From the NCBI GenBank assembly GCA_031555495.1, contig JAVBUI010000274.1:1-37064 (forward strand): a stretch of DNA of 37,064 bases, written 5' to 3'. This document shows positions 17,401-25,588 of the stretch, in pieces. Each line of letters opens with the position of its first letter. Position 1 is the first letter of the stretch. The notes beneath the pieces were generated by a model, which was not told where the DNA came from, did no database searches, and saw nothing but the letters and a program-made list of their open reading frames with translations. Source of the DNA: Victivallaceae bacterium (GTDB taxonomy: Bacteria; Verrucomicrobiota; Lentisphaeria; Victivallales; Victivallaceae). Position numbers and translations under genes: made by a program.

Positions 17401-18537
17401 GCCGAACGCCCCCATTTCGCCGAGGCTGGTGACAATCGTCTCCGCCGCCTGTTTGCCGAAGGTTTCGCCCATCAGCTCGTCGTATTTTTTTTGCCACAAA
17501 CGAAGTTTGAAATCCGCCCTTTCGTAACGGTTCATCTTTCCCGCGCGGTAGTCCTCGAAATCCCGCCGGAATTGAACGCTCTCGCGCAAGCTCAAAACGC
17601 CGAAGAAGTTGAACAGTTTGGCGGGATCGGTCTTCGAGATATCGAGTTTCGCCAGCTCCTCCGGCTTGAATCCGCGCGGATCGGTGCCGGTCGCCCGCCA
17701 GAACTCGGCCATCCGCGCTTCGAAGTAGCCTTTTTCATTCAACCGGGCCTGCCAGTTTTCGCCCTCCAACTGGCGCAGCCACACGGCGGTCAGTGTCAGT
17801 TTCTGCAATCGCTCGGCCTTTTCGACGTCCTCGACCCGCTGCGCCTCGGAGGGCTTGACGCGGACATTGTTTTCGAGGTACATCGCCGCATGATTCACGA
17901 TTCCACCGGTTCGGTCGGGGACGAATGTCGCCAGCATTTTAGCGGTATCGAGATGAGCGTCGTATTCTTTGTTGGCCTGATCGTATTCTTCATCGAAGAC
18001 CATCTTTTGGACGCTGTCATTGACCTTCTTCTCTTTCGGTCCCTCCACCCAACTTTGCAGTACCGGCCGGTACACCCGGCGGCCGTCGCGGTGGCGATAC
18101 ATGTCCTTTTCATTCCATACCCGTTCCCAGCCGGCAGCGTTGAGTTCGGTGATCCGATCCGATTCCAGCCCCTCCGGGCGGTCGTACACATCGGCGGCGA
18201 CACGGCCATACCTGACTTGCGGCGTCTCATTGCGATTGATCAGATTGCCGGTGCGGAAGATTTCATCGAGCCGCGCCCGGTCGTCATTGGTCTTATACAC
18301 AGCCAGCCGCACCGGGTCTTGGCCGAGGAACCGCAGCATATCTTCGCGGTTGCGCTCGAAGTCCGGCTTTTCTTTGAACAGCTTGTTGTCGCCGTAGTAG
18401 GCCACCGCCGGGGGAAGGCCTCGCTCCCGTGTCATGTCGTACTTGGCGGGCAGTTCGTCAGAGCCGATTTCATCGACGATAGCCTGATTGCGCCTGATCA
18501 TCTCCATCGGCGCATTCATGTGGTTTTGTTCATCCAT
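11485..18537 (-). CDS. giant (2350 aa) internal virion/ejection protein in the T7 gp16 position, with embedded HExxH zincin-like module and possible barnase/EndoU-type (PBECR-like) module; polyvalent-protein-like
   Basis: Uninterrupted ORF whose start lies 1 nt after the stop of the upstream gene. HEVIH at aa 1050-1054 (nt 15376-15390) within GAYDPRTHKIHLFQAADVSSLSHEVIHYFYDMF...FEYYLKRGEAPNEALQKVFSRFRDWLTRIY. The upstream segment FVLHNPEPVADMGKNAAFVGFDPTTGNIYRVEIEKAQRGSDNHIRSVHAI resembles phage PBECR nuclease-fold domains. Hydrophobic helices near the C-terminus. Position after gp14/gp15-like genes. Confidence 0.8.
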   Translation of the reverse strand: MDEQNHMNAPMEMIRRNQAIVDEIGSDELPAKYDMTRERGLPPAVAYYGDNKLFKEKPDFERNREDMLRFLGQDPVRLAVYKTNDDRARLDEIFRTGNLINRNETPQVRYGRVAADVYDRPEGLESDRITELNAAGWERVWNEKDMYRHRDGRRVYRPVLQSWVEGPKEKKVNDSVQKMVFDEEYDQANKEYDAHLDTAKMLATFVPDRTGGIVNHAAMYLENNVRVKPSEAQRVEDVEKAERLQKLTLTAVWLRQLEGENWQARLNEKGYFEARMAEFWRATGTDPRGFKPEELAKLDISKTDPAKLFNFFGVLSLRESVQFRRDFEDYRAGKMNRYERADFKLRLWQKKYDELMGETFGKQAAETIVTSLGEMGAFGIAHKPVTAGGSWLFRKFGIDLAAKSGLVAKVAKTVGLVGAEEALRLPLYTPEIIANVMAEQDQSALRYNPETRQMELDLSPEKQLALGAMVLKHVTERGIENVSERLGGAFEVGRWSRMLGKIPPARVREIGAAAGNAMARKIPFEKLRPLARQMKNVRDVTQFHGLVGEVLEEEGGKAMGFGLTKLGEALNIDGWAALDVRQPFMTPEERLLTFVSVGSLCGLMNLPGGMVKFGEIRAKAQRLDLMDRTYQYLHPKDGEKVPSRAVAEDLLDTAISQNLSFGLDAGKFRALYQESPELQTALNFAPDELALLNNRAEEHGTVEVPFTRLAVIEQHDLYRKVSDLALDTEGGGILSAAPEPVSPEVAAEIRQEMEAEEQLAGAKAEAANVKREQQRRELDAELERFGTELSSRFSKTQVKAELELLGAMARGLARASGKSPAELLKPLTLVANSSYEDFVRKIGERSDVPFQAAAAALRRPGAPNHAENRNLLRDGRVPSAPGFKELYGFTGERFYADYEFLYARHTEYFNSPEEARAAVEFVLHNPEPVADMGKNAAFVGFDPTTGNIYRVEIEKAQRGSDNHIRSVHAITAMQYQKVKLADPPLLQVSPTSPENGGQRARDVASFLRYDNATDMNVKEQSTENQKKGAYDPRTHKIHLFQAADVSSLSHEVIHYFYDMFEMLEAEGLLEGTPLKEDLETIRRESTREDGTFDHEKLPKAFEYYLKRGEAPNEALQKVFSRFRDWLTRIYNTVKGYFDDNPLPTEIKEIFDRWLAAEETAQRLMSDDAVVGLFRQTQLSGIGTAARQAILPWAENEKEKLLDNLDRARAAGRARAAAEARKAAGEILSSAPVYKLRQFLRENGKLDAAAVKALFGPDVLKRLRQKGVIAKTPRAARPGEEFHDPEQRRDKEIGLRQRQAAFDEYLYTNHYLAWLIRGNNYGRIKPDPKFGILKEQAGSFFDLKKGMESDLAARELSEMASFEISEQELIDALSDMTYREIRRNFQTEYRDNQAYWDAEAENALRLDSQTELDRVATENGYENAAKMVDALLNAPTEYEYTKAAAEYAAERFEENFPASETVAAADSTLEQLDTLIGALSIKTNSAQARRSKEDLKKVAQDRVDQMPLASALRTDLRLQAVESNAKECAAALKKEDWQTALDAARRLNLNCAMLAVQQKKRSQVEGIPRRVKQIARKHSRGAGLNKVAGDVCYYYRTLARDFGFTDDEMKRVARPEHSLETILANSGMDITMEQLPRVRDYRQLTVKEFDNLHEFMKQLYRYSLDLVKNTEAGRSIELHQNIEAVVSSLAAQADRQVSGSLWSSAVNFASDATASLNSLLHFSRKLDGYKNVTGEAVGGIIERLGFNKLHRSDARQKELLERTLGKLMPSIDYFFNRFREIPKELIGLPEFSKEHRRFTDGKWSPEMALAAALNWGNLANRERLLAGYQWEAGQVESILSVFDRAADWEHIQQIWDAVDSLYPELNGVFKRVNYRTLAREEAESFTVQTREGEITVKGGYMPIRYDGKLLFGRNGEFELNLDHGTARRAAPGDGMTQQRLAHTGMAVELSLDGLVRHVKATTRYIAFKETAREVMAVFDSADVAREITAKFGAKTYAAFRDHLVNAINPDAGQQNAFLSKVKRALVSGALWGRLGTALKQSSTMFTGIDSVGGVPMWLANAARFDRHPLDCINEVNNLSPFMRERSKGKDRDIVEEIGKLRRTLFDRGLNKFRNLGFLPINLMDRCAVYPMWMAAYQHAQNRGFSQADAVLIADKHIVDTQGSNRDMDTTTMQRAKGWGLFLMFVGPLVAQSNRITAHTLATAKGEIGAGRYSSAMVSDFLIPTIMTAFINLLLANSLGDLGSDDDKKRRKAWLELLSEGSSIMLAGIPLARELPNVLVEGRLPNHPASSAIRAIHDPWRAFQKRDKDGDRMPDEVLYQTVKSASFLLGVPVVPAWESVRRIQKKWGEDEK

Positions 18538-18538
18538 T

Positions 18539-20356
18539 TTATTTCACTCCCTGCTTCTGCCAGCGTTCGTAATTGCGTTTGTCCAGCTTTTCGTCGCGCT
18601 TGAATATTTTGCCTTCAGCGTCTGGATACCAGCCCTGCCGCATGGCGTACCGGGTCAGCGTATCGTTTGTCGGTGTCGGCTCTTCGAAGAGTTCCGGCAA
18701 ATCGCCGCCTTTCGCCAGCAGCCTGGCCCGCTCGGTACGGTACGAGCGCAGGATATGCTTCTGTTCGCGGTAAATAAGCCCTTCACGATCCCGTACGAGC
18801 GGGAAGATGTCGTTCATTGCCGTAATCATGTTATGTTTGCGATCCCTGACCAGATAGTCGCTCTTCCAGAGTCCAAAGATTTCATTCTGGAACATCACTT
18901 CCGTCGAGGCGAGATAGGCGGCCATCTCCTTTTGGATATCGGCCCGGTCGCGGACTTTGCCCGGCTCGGCGGTATCCAGCAAATATTCGTAGAAGCCGCC
19001 GGGAAGGTTCTTTTTGTAGCCGAACTTGTCGGCGACCGACACGACCATCTCGTAATCCGGGAGCGAAATCTTTGCCGACACGGCCCGGTCGAGTTTTTTC
19101 AAACTGGCGTCGTCGCAATTGCCGCCGTTATTGACAAAGGTATTTCGGGCCTCTTCCGGATTCAGCTTCTTCTGCTGAACATCCTGCAAGGTTTTTTCCA
19201 TCGCCCGGCGTTGTTCCAGTGCGTCAGCCTTTCCGGTGCCGAAATAACCATGAAATTCACTTCGTACCCGTTCGGCGAATTTTGCGTTATGCACCTCAAG
19301 CAATCGTTTTTCCATATGCTCTTCCGACTGCTTGAAGGGCATGTCGCGATAAAACCGCAATCTCTTGGCGCAGAACTCATCCTGTTGCGCCTTAATCACA
19401 GTTTCGTGTTCCTTGACGCTGGCGTTGTACAGTTCAAGTGCCTTGTCCCGTTCTTTGCCGGTCAGGGCCTTTCGCAGCTCATCCCGCCCGGCCTGAAAGA
19501 ACACTGTCGGGTCATGACTCCTGAAGTCGAATTTTGCGCACGTTTCATTGAACACCGCATCCGAAACGCGATACGGGCGGTCCACCGCTTCGTAGGCGTC
19601 GACCTTCATCTTCATCGAATCGAAACTCCCCTGATCCAGCCGGAAGCGTTCTTTGCCGTCGGGCTTGTAGCGCTCCAGCAGCGTCCTGGCTCCGGCGAGG
19701 TTGCCCGCTTTGAGCTGCGCGGCAACTCTGGTTTTGCCGATGTCCTGACAGTGCTGCGCGTACAGCTCGGCCCGGTCTTTGGGCGACAGCCCCACCCGGT
19801 CCCATTCCGCGTCCATGACCGAGAAGTAGTTGTCGGCGGCGGTGTCGTCGTCGGGGTTGTCGTCAAGCTTCTTGCGGGCAAAGGCGGCGATCTGGTTGTT
19901 GGCGATCGCCGAAGCCCGGTCCGCCTCGGTCGCCTGATGGCCGAACACCCGCGAATAGAGGCTGCCGTAGGCGTTGTCCAGCTGCATCTGGTAGGTCTTG
20001 CGGCCCACTCCGGCGAGTTCGCGGCCGTGGCGTTCGCGGATGTCGCGATACTGGGTTTGGAACCGCTCCATCGCGCCCACCGCGTTGACGCCGCGCTTCT
20101 GCTGTTCCTCGGCCAGGAAGATGTCGAGCTCGTTGTTGGCGTTGATGAGAGCCTGTTTGGCCTGTGTCATGTCCTCTTCGTTCTTGAGATTCACGAGCGC
20201 CCCGGCGAGGTTGCCGCCGGCGCGAAGGAGGCTGTCGCCCGCCTTGGCGAGGGCTTCGCTTCCGGAGTAGTCCAGTCGCGGCACGGCGGCGCGAAGCTGC
20301 GGCACGCCGCCCGGCTGCCCGACGATGGAGGGGAGGTTGTCACTGGTATTCGGCAT
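18539..20356 (-). CDS. internal virion protein (T7 gp15-position, all-alpha, 605 aa)
   Basis: AAGGAG SD. Helical, charged composition. Located between the gp14-like and gp16-position genes. Assigned by position only. Confidence 0.55.
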   Translation of the reverse strand: MPNTSDNLPSIVGQPGGVPQLRAAVPRLDYSGSEALAKAGDSLLRAGGNLAGALVNLKNEEDMTQAKQALINANNELDIFLAEEQQKRGVNAVGAMERFQTQYRDIRERHGRELAGVGRKTYQMQLDNAYGSLYSRVFGHQATEADRASAIANNQIAAFARKKLDDNPDDDTAADNYFSVMDAEWDRVGLSPKDRAELYAQHCQDIGKTRVAAQLKAGNLAGARTLLERYKPDGKERFRLDQGSFDSMKMKVDAYEAVDRPYRVSDAVFNETCAKFDFRSHDPTVFFQAGRDELRKALTGKERDKALELYNASVKEHETVIKAQQDEFCAKRLRFYRDMPFKQSEEHMEKRLLEVHNAKFAERVRSEFHGYFGTGKADALEQRRAMEKTLQDVQQKKLNPEEARNTFVNNGGNCDDASLKKLDRAVSAKISLPDYEMVVSVADKFGYKKNLPGGFYEYLLDTAEPGKVRDRADIQKEMAAYLASTEVMFQNEIFGLWKSDYLVRDRKHNMITAMNDIFPLVRDREGLIYREQKHILRSYRTERARLLAKGGDLPELFEEPTPTNDTLTRYAMRQGWYPDAEGKIFKRDEKLDKRNYERWQKQGVK

Positions 20357-20366
20357 GGAAGGCTCC

Positions 20367-21005
20367 TTATGCTAAATTTTTGGTGTTCCGCATCCCGCTC
20401 GGATTGACCGCGAGATTGCCCTTGCTCGAACTGCCGAAGAGATCGAAGTTCCAGTCCTTGACCCCATTGTACATCCCGATGGCGGAGGTTGTGGCCGAAA
20501 GCCCGGCGCTCACGGTATTGGCGATCCCGGCCCCCATGGCGAGGCCCATTTGCCCCCTGGTATTATCGGCGGAGGCAAAGAGCGCGTCGCGCTCGGTGGC
20601 CGCGTTCCAGGCGTTGGTCCGGTGTTGCCAGACCCTTTGATCGATGCCGTACTGCATCTGCTTCAAATCAAGCTCGTTGGTTTGAGCCGCGTCTTCTTCA
20701 TAGAGCAGCAGCGACCCGGAGCCGAGAGCCCCGCCTGACGCGCCGAAGGAAGCGCGGGCTTTGCCGAGCTCATGCGCCTGTTTCAGCGCGAGGTTACGCT
20801 TCTCCCACGAGCCCTGTTCCTGTTCGGCATAAGCCTGATCTTCGAGGTTCTTGCGGTTAAGGTCTGCGACTTTGGCCTGATACTCGTACTGGGCGGCTTG
20901 CGCCTCCATCTGGTTCTGCGTCGATATGGTCGACATCACGCCGCCGCCGACTGCCGCGCCGACGCCCAGCACCCCCAGCGCCGTCATTGTAATCGGTTCA
21001 CACAT
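20367..21005 (-). CDS. internal virion protein (T7 gp14-like: N-terminal TM helix, coiled coil, Gly/Ala-rich C-terminus)
   Basis: MTALGVLGVGAAVGGGVMS hydrophobic N-terminus, then the coiled segment QMEAQAAQYEYQAKVADLNRKNLEDQAYAEQEQ. This architecture and position are typical of podovirus gp14-type core proteins. Confidence 0.55.
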   Translation of the reverse strand: MCEPITMTALGVLGVGAAVGGGVMSTISTQNQMEAQAAQYEYQAKVADLNRKNLEDQAYAEQEQGSWEKRNLALKQAHELGKARASFGASGGALGSGSLLLYEEDAAQTNELDLKQMQYGIDQRVWQHRTNAWNAATERDALFASADNTRGQMGLAMGAGIANTVSAGLSATTSAIGMYNGVKDWNFDLFGSSSKGNLAVNPSGMRNTKNLA

Positions 21006-21007
21006 AG

Positions 21008-21469
21008 TTACCTCACTTCAAAGTAGTGGAACAAAACTTTGTTCATCATTCGCGCTTTTTCAGGAATAAACTTCGCGCCGCAAAGCTTGAGATACTTCAC
21101 GCTCGCGAGGTATCTGGAGTCAACATAATTGTAGAGCACCGAATAGCACATCAGTTTCAAGGCAAAATAGCGCCTTGTCACCTCGACGATCTCGCGGCCG
21201 TATTGATTCAGTTCGTCGGTGCCGAGAAACCAGACGCCAGCCCGGTCCGAGGCCGCCGTTTCCGGCTGGATGCCGAAGAGGCCGATTGGCCGGTCCTCAT
21301 GCAGCACCGCCAGCGTCTCCGTGCCCGGAGTAGCGATTGCGGCGGCGAGTTCACCTGCGATATCGAGCGTCCCCATTGCGAGACATTCGGCGCGGTCCTC
21401 GGCGCGGAGATTGGCCGCCACGATTGCCGCGTCTCCCGGCACGGCATAGCGGAAAGAAAGAGCCTTCAT
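21008..21469 (-). CDS. small virion-associated protein in the gp13 position (DUF2833/GNAT-fold-like)
   Basis: Pattern LRAEDRAECLAMG...IGLFGIQPE...GVWFLGTDEL...YNYVDSRYLASVKYLKLCGAKF resembles small phage acetyltransferase-fold proteins. 4-nt overlap with the nozzle gene. Confidence 0.45.
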   Translation of the reverse strand: MKALSFRYAVPGDAAIVAANLRAEDRAECLAMGTLDIAGELAAAIATPGTETLAVLHEDRPIGLFGIQPETAASDRAGVWFLGTDELNQYGREIVEVTRRYFALKLMCYSVLYNYVDSRYLASVKYLKLCGAKFIPEKARMMNKVLFHYFEVR

Positions 21470-23511
21470 CGATCCCCCTCGCTGTTGATGTATTTCACCA
21501 GTGCCAATACGGTGATCGGCAACGGCGGCTCCTGCTTGAATACGACTGTTGCATCGGTACGGTATTCCCCTTCGATCGGCATCGTGAGGTCACCGGAGAA
21601 GAGCGGCGGCGCCTTGCCCCACTGTTGCCCCGGATAAAGCTTGGCGTCGGTCAGCTTCTTCTCCGTCGGCCCGACCTTGAAAAAGCCGGACCGCTCCAGT
21701 CGGACGGTAATCTTGGCGACATTCTTGCGGAGGCCCATCGTACTGCCGTCCCCGGCGTTGATTTCCGGGTCGAGCGTTTCCAGGAGAAAGGTGTAGGGCA
21801 GCCCGACTTGGATTTGCGAGGCCGCCACATCGAGCGTGATCTTGCCGTCGGCGCTGACCTCGCGCGGCGCAATCACGCAGCCGTCGGCCAGCCCGGTCAC
21901 GGTTAATCCTGCGAGGTGTTCCAGCCCGGAGACTTCGGTAACCGCTTCTCCGTTGCGCGACAGTCCGCAATCGACGAAGAACGCTGTCTCCTGCGCGTCG
22001 GACTCCTGAAAAATCTTCTGGTATTCGACAAAGTAGCCGTCGCCGCGTTTGACGCTGAAATAAGCGTCATCCCGCCCGCCGTTGCGCAATACCGCGACAT
22101 TCTTGTATTCGCCGTCGGTATGGTGTTCGCTCCAGGCGTAAACCTCCTGTTCCCGAAGGTAAGAGAGCGTCAACAGCGCCCCATCGGAGCGAACCGCGTA
22201 GAGGATGTGCCACGGCTCATCCTGATAATCCCACGCCGTCACCGGGTACGCAAAGAAGTGGTTGGCGAGGATCGATATTTCGGTCCCGGAATATTCGCCG
22301 CTGCTGCCGAACAAATCCCGCACCAGCTTCCCGGAGTTCTGGAGCTGGATGATCGATCCTCCGGCGGTGATCGGCTGGACGGTCGAGCAGCCGAAGAAGC
22401 TCTGGTTGTTGAATTTTGTGGTGGTCGGCGTGATCGCGTCGCTGTTCTCGCCCGGCGTCATCGTCCATTCGCCGCCCTCGCTGAACACCAGCATGATCCG
22501 CTTGTTGAGGATCAAATGCCGGATCTCGTCCATTTCACGGCTGTCCATCGTAACTTCGATCCCGTCGTCATCCTTGAGCGGCCGGGAGCTGGAGAAGTTG
22601 AAGAAGTTGCCCGGCTGGCTGGCCCACACGGTGAGCCGCTGTTTGTCGGTGCGCCCGAAAATCAAACGCTGCTGGAAAATCGCCACCACGGCGGGATAAT
22701 TGCCTTCGCCGTTGAAGATCTCCTTGGACTCCTTGGGGCCGTCATTGCTGGCGGGTTCGATATTGTCATCCTTGAAAGACCGGGAACTTGTCGCGTCGAC
22801 GCTGCCGATCCAGCCGTAAAAGCCCCGGATATTCTTGTAGATATTGTACTTTTTCGCCTTGGCGACTTCGCCCCATGTAATTGTCACGGTGGCGCCGCTG
22901 GTCCACTGTTTGGGGACAAAGACCGCGGCTTCCTCGGAAGGGTACGATTCTTCTTCCTCTTCGGTGGAGGCGGAAATTTTATACTTCAGTTCCAGCCCGT
23001 TTCCTTCGGAAAAACCGGTTCTGGTCAGCGTCGGCTTGGCGGGAACCTGAATATCCGGGTTGAAGCGCATTTCGGCAAACGACCAGTCGGTCAGGTCGTA
23101 GCGCGTCAAAGTGCGCGGCGGGTGGTTGGGATGGGCGATGAAAATCACGTCGCCGGATTGAACGAAACTCATTTCCATCACATCGTCAAGCGAATAAGGG
23201 CTGGTGATTTCGTAGGCGTTGCCCTCTTTGGCGACGATTGAGCCATTGAGGTAAAACCGGACCCGGCCGGAAAGGAACAGCAGCAAATACTTGTCGCTGC
23301 GCGAATAGCTGAATTTGACCGGCCTTGCGTTACCGGGAATGCGGTCGACGAAGTAAGTTCCGGGGCGTTTGCTTACGCCGCCGTGGATGTGAACGATCCC
23401 GTTGACGATCCGCTTGCAGCCGCTGCGATATTTGGCGAGGTCGGTTCGGCTGTACATCGAGGGGGCGAAGACGCCCGAAGTAAAATTGTTCTGAAAGATT
23501 CTGGTTGCCAT
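21466..23511 (-). CDS. tail tubular protein B / nozzle (T7 gp12-like)
   Basis: N-terminus FQNNFTSGVFAPSMYSRTDLAKYRSGCKRIVNGIVHIHGGVSKRPGTYFV parallels the T7 gp12 N-terminus (L.GGISQQP...R...Q......N......GL.KRP). Its 681-aa size and position after the adaptor fit. Confidence 0.7.
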   Translation of the reverse strand: MATRIFQNNFTSGVFAPSMYSRTDLAKYRSGCKRIVNGIVHIHGGVSKRPGTYFVDRIPGNARPVKFSYSRSDKYLLLFLSGRVRFYLNGSIVAKEGNAYEITSPYSLDDVMEMSFVQSGDVIFIAHPNHPPRTLTRYDLTDWSFAEMRFNPDIQVPAKPTLTRTGFSEGNGLELKYKISASTEEEEESYPSEEAAVFVPKQWTSGATVTITWGEVAKAKKYNIYKNIRGFYGWIGSVDATSSRSFKDDNIEPASNDGPKESKEIFNGEGNYPAVVAIFQQRLIFGRTDKQRLTVWASQPGNFFNFSSSRPLKDDDGIEVTMDSREMDEIRHLILNKRIMLVFSEGGEWTMTPGENSDAITPTTTKFNNQSFFGCSTVQPITAGGSIIQLQNSGKLVRDLFGSSGEYSGTEISILANHFFAYPVTAWDYQDEPWHILYAVRSDGALLTLSYLREQEVYAWSEHHTDGEYKNVAVLRNGGRDDAYFSVKRGDGYFVEYQKIFQESDAQETAFFVDCGLSRNGEAVTEVSGLEHLAGLTVTGLADGCVIAPREVSADGKITLDVAASQIQVGLPYTFLLETLDPEINAGDGSTMGLRKNVAKITVRLERSGFFKVGPTEKKLTDAKLYPGQQWGKAPPLFSGDLTMPIEGEYRTDATVVFKQEPPLPITVLALVKYINSEGDR

Positions 23512-23513
23512 CT

Positions 23514-24095
23514 TTAATTCCTCGCATCACAGTAAGCATTGGCGCGGCCGTGGTCGCGCTGTTCCCGCTGGGAAGTGGCGGCGGCGTTGTCGAGCAAGCT
23601 TGAACTCCACTGCATCAGGTATTGGCAACGGGCGTCGCTTCCCGTAACCGGCATCGCCAGCTTGGCCGCCAGCCGGTAACTGAACGCCTCGACAAAGAGC
23701 GGGTCAAAAAGCGAAGTGTCGGTAACGTCGGCGACGTATTCGAGCTGCGGATCATCGTCGTCACAGTAGAAGTTACGCCCGCGAATGGTAAAGGGCGTGA
23801 CGTTGCGGTCGTCGATTTCGGGCGCTTCATGGGCTCCCCGGAGCCGCAGCGCATAGAGGTAATCCGCCGGGAGCATGTAGCAGTAAGCGTATTCCCCGGT
23901 GGCGGCGTCCGGCAGCCGGACGAGCTTTTCCAGCCGCAGGGCAAAGCTCCAGTGGAAATCACGCAGCACGGCCTGACGCGCGGCGTCGTAATTGGTCAGC
24001 GCGGCGTTGGCCTCGACCGAACCTTCGTCGATGTTGGCGATCCGGCCCGCGCCGAGGTGGCTCAAAGCCAGATTGACGATTGAAGTTTTATCCAT
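23514..24095 (-). CDS. head-tail adaptor / tail tubular protein A (T7 gp11-like)
   Basis: SIVNLALSHLGAGRIANIDEGSVEANAALTNYDAARQAVLRDFHWSFA parallels T7 gp11 (VNDILASIGEPPVSTLEGD...[25 protein letters not shown]). 193 aa. Confidence 0.7.
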   Translation of the reverse strand: MDKTSIVNLALSHLGAGRIANIDEGSVEANAALTNYDAARQAVLRDFHWSFALRLEKLVRLPDAATGEYAYCYMLPADYLYALRLRGAHEAPEIDDRNVTPFTIRGRNFYCDDDDPQLEYVADVTDTSLFDPLFVEAFSYRLAAKLAMPVTGSDARCQYLMQWSSSLLDNAAATSQREQRDHGRANAYCDARN

Positions 24096-24162
24096 AACTT
24101 TCCTCCGTTCGGCCAGAAAAAAGGGAGGATGGGCGTTATCCGCCCATTCCTCCCGGTTCGGT

Positions 24163-24567
24163 TTACTTCTCGGAGACGAGGAACGCCGTGAATTTACCGG
24201 CGGTCAGGGGACCGGTGGTAACCACGAAGTTCACATCGAGATAGCGCTTGCACCCGTAGGGCTGCCGGACGGCGACCAGCGCCGCGCCGGAAACGATCTC
24301 GGCCTTGGTAAAGGGGCCGACGGTCATCAGCACCTTCGGATTGTCGAGCTTCATTGCGGCCCCGGCGCCGGTGACGGCATCGGAGGTGCGAAGCTGGATC
24401 TGTACCGTGGCTTCCCCGGCGGCGGCCGCCGATTCGGTACAGACCGTGCGCAGAAAGAGTTCGTTGGCGACGGCATTGCCGCCAAAGGTGCAGTCGATCA
24501 CTTTGCTTGCGGCGGTTGCGGTAACCGCCTCTTTGTTCATGAACCGGAGTTCAGCATCCATAAGCAT
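24163..24567 (-). CDS. capsid decoration/cement-like protein (Bbp16-like candidate)
   Basis: 134 aa, immediately downstream of the major capsid gene, beta-rich. Its size and position match the BPP-1 Bbp17/Bbp16 capsid/cement pair as I recall it. AAGGAG SD. Confidence 0.45.
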   Translation of the reverse strand: MLMDAELRFMNKEAVTATAASKVIDCTFGGNAVANELFLRTVCTESAAAAGEATVQIQLRTSDAVTGAGAAMKLDNPKVLMTVGPFTKAEIVSGAALVAVRQPYGCKRYLDVNFVVTTGPLTAGKFTAFLVSEK

Positions 24568-24594
24568 GATTGTTTTCTCCTTGTTTGGGATTGA

Positions 24595-25572
24595 TTACTT
24601 GACCTGGGCTTCGTCGGCCTTGAGTGCGTCGCACTGGCGAATCGGGTGCTTGCGGAAGGCAAGGACTTCTTCGCCCTGAAAGTCGACGTACCGGATCGCG
24701 GCGGTAATCTTCTCCTGCGCTTGAAGGTCGAGCGCGGTGAAGACTTCTTCGCGGCAATAGATGCCGATGCGGACGCCCATGCGGCGCTTCGGGATCATGT
24801 GAATCGCCTTGATCAGCAGCTTGGTCAGGTTCGGGGGAGTGGCCCCTTCCAGCGCCGACAGCGACACGTTGGCGATACGGACGGCGTAGCGCCAGTCGCG
24901 CACTGAAAGACCGTTCTTCCACGTGTATTTGCCGACGTAGGCGTCGAACGGGTTGCCGTCTTCGTCGTAGACGGTCTGGACGCCCTTGTCTTCCGGGTGG
25001 AATCCGGCCTTGGTGCCTTTGGGGTAAAGTCCGTGAATCGTCCGTTCTCCGAAGCCGACGATCCAGATGCTGGTAAGGTCGGTGCCGGTGCCGCCCGCGT
25101 CGATGACGTGGCTGCCGGAGTTGGTCTTGTCCTTCGAGAGCTTGTTGAAGCGCGGGGTCAACCCGACAAACGCTTCCGGGGTGTTGGCATCACCGTAGAA
25201 GACGGTTTCCGCCATCTGGTTGTTCATCGCCGACAAGAACGCCTGGTCCTCACTGAACCGGAACGCCGTGGGGTTGGTGTTGATGTCGACCAGATCCTTG
25301 TCGACCTCGCTCCGCGCTTCCATCATCCCGGTATGATCGGTGAAGCTGGTCGTGCTGGATTTCGACTTCGGGACACCCCGGTTGAAGAGGCGCCAGAAGG
25401 CGGTGGGAAGGCCGTTGCGGGTGGTCGTTTTGTGGCTGGTTCCGTCGTTGCATTCGACATACGGCATGTCCTTGAGTATCTCGTTCTCCTGTTCCATGAG
25501 TTCGCTGATCTCGGGGACTTTGCCGCCGGGGTCGGTGCGTTTGGCGACGTCGTGGAGAGTGGTAAAAGCCAT
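24595..25572 (-). CDS. major capsid protein
   Basis: 325 aa, directly after the scaffold gene. Has the composition and length of HK97-fold capsid proteins of BPP-1/epsilon15-type podoviruses. Segment RDWRYAVRIANVSLSAL is typical of that group as I recall it. Confidence 0.7.
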   Translation of the reverse strand: MAFTTLHDVAKRTDPGGKVPEISELMEQENEILKDMPYVECNDGTSHKTTTRNGLPTAFWRLFNRGVPKSKSSTTSFTDHTGMMEARSEVDKDLVDINTNPTAFRFSEDQAFLSAMNNQMAETVFYGDANTPEAFVGLTPRFNKLSKDKTNSGSHVIDAGGTGTDLTSIWIVGFGERTIHGLYPKGTKAGFHPEDKGVQTVYDEDGNPFDAYVGKYTWKNGLSVRDWRYAVRIANVSLSALEGATPPNLTKLLIKAIHMIPKRRMGVRIGIYCREEVFTALDLQAQEKITAAIRYVDFQGEEVLAFRKHPIRQCDALKADEAQVK

Positions 25573-25588
25573 GATTCATTCCTTTCTG

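Noticed and set aside
11239-20407. Very long plus-strand ORFs (11239-13032, 13867-14763, 16567-18603, 18488-20407) antisense to the giant and gp15-position genes.
   Set aside because: Their products are Arg/Pro/Gly/Ala-rich low-complexity strings typical of antisense frames in high-GC DNA, and they lack SDs. The minus-strand genes have phage-like sequence, tight coupling and SDs.
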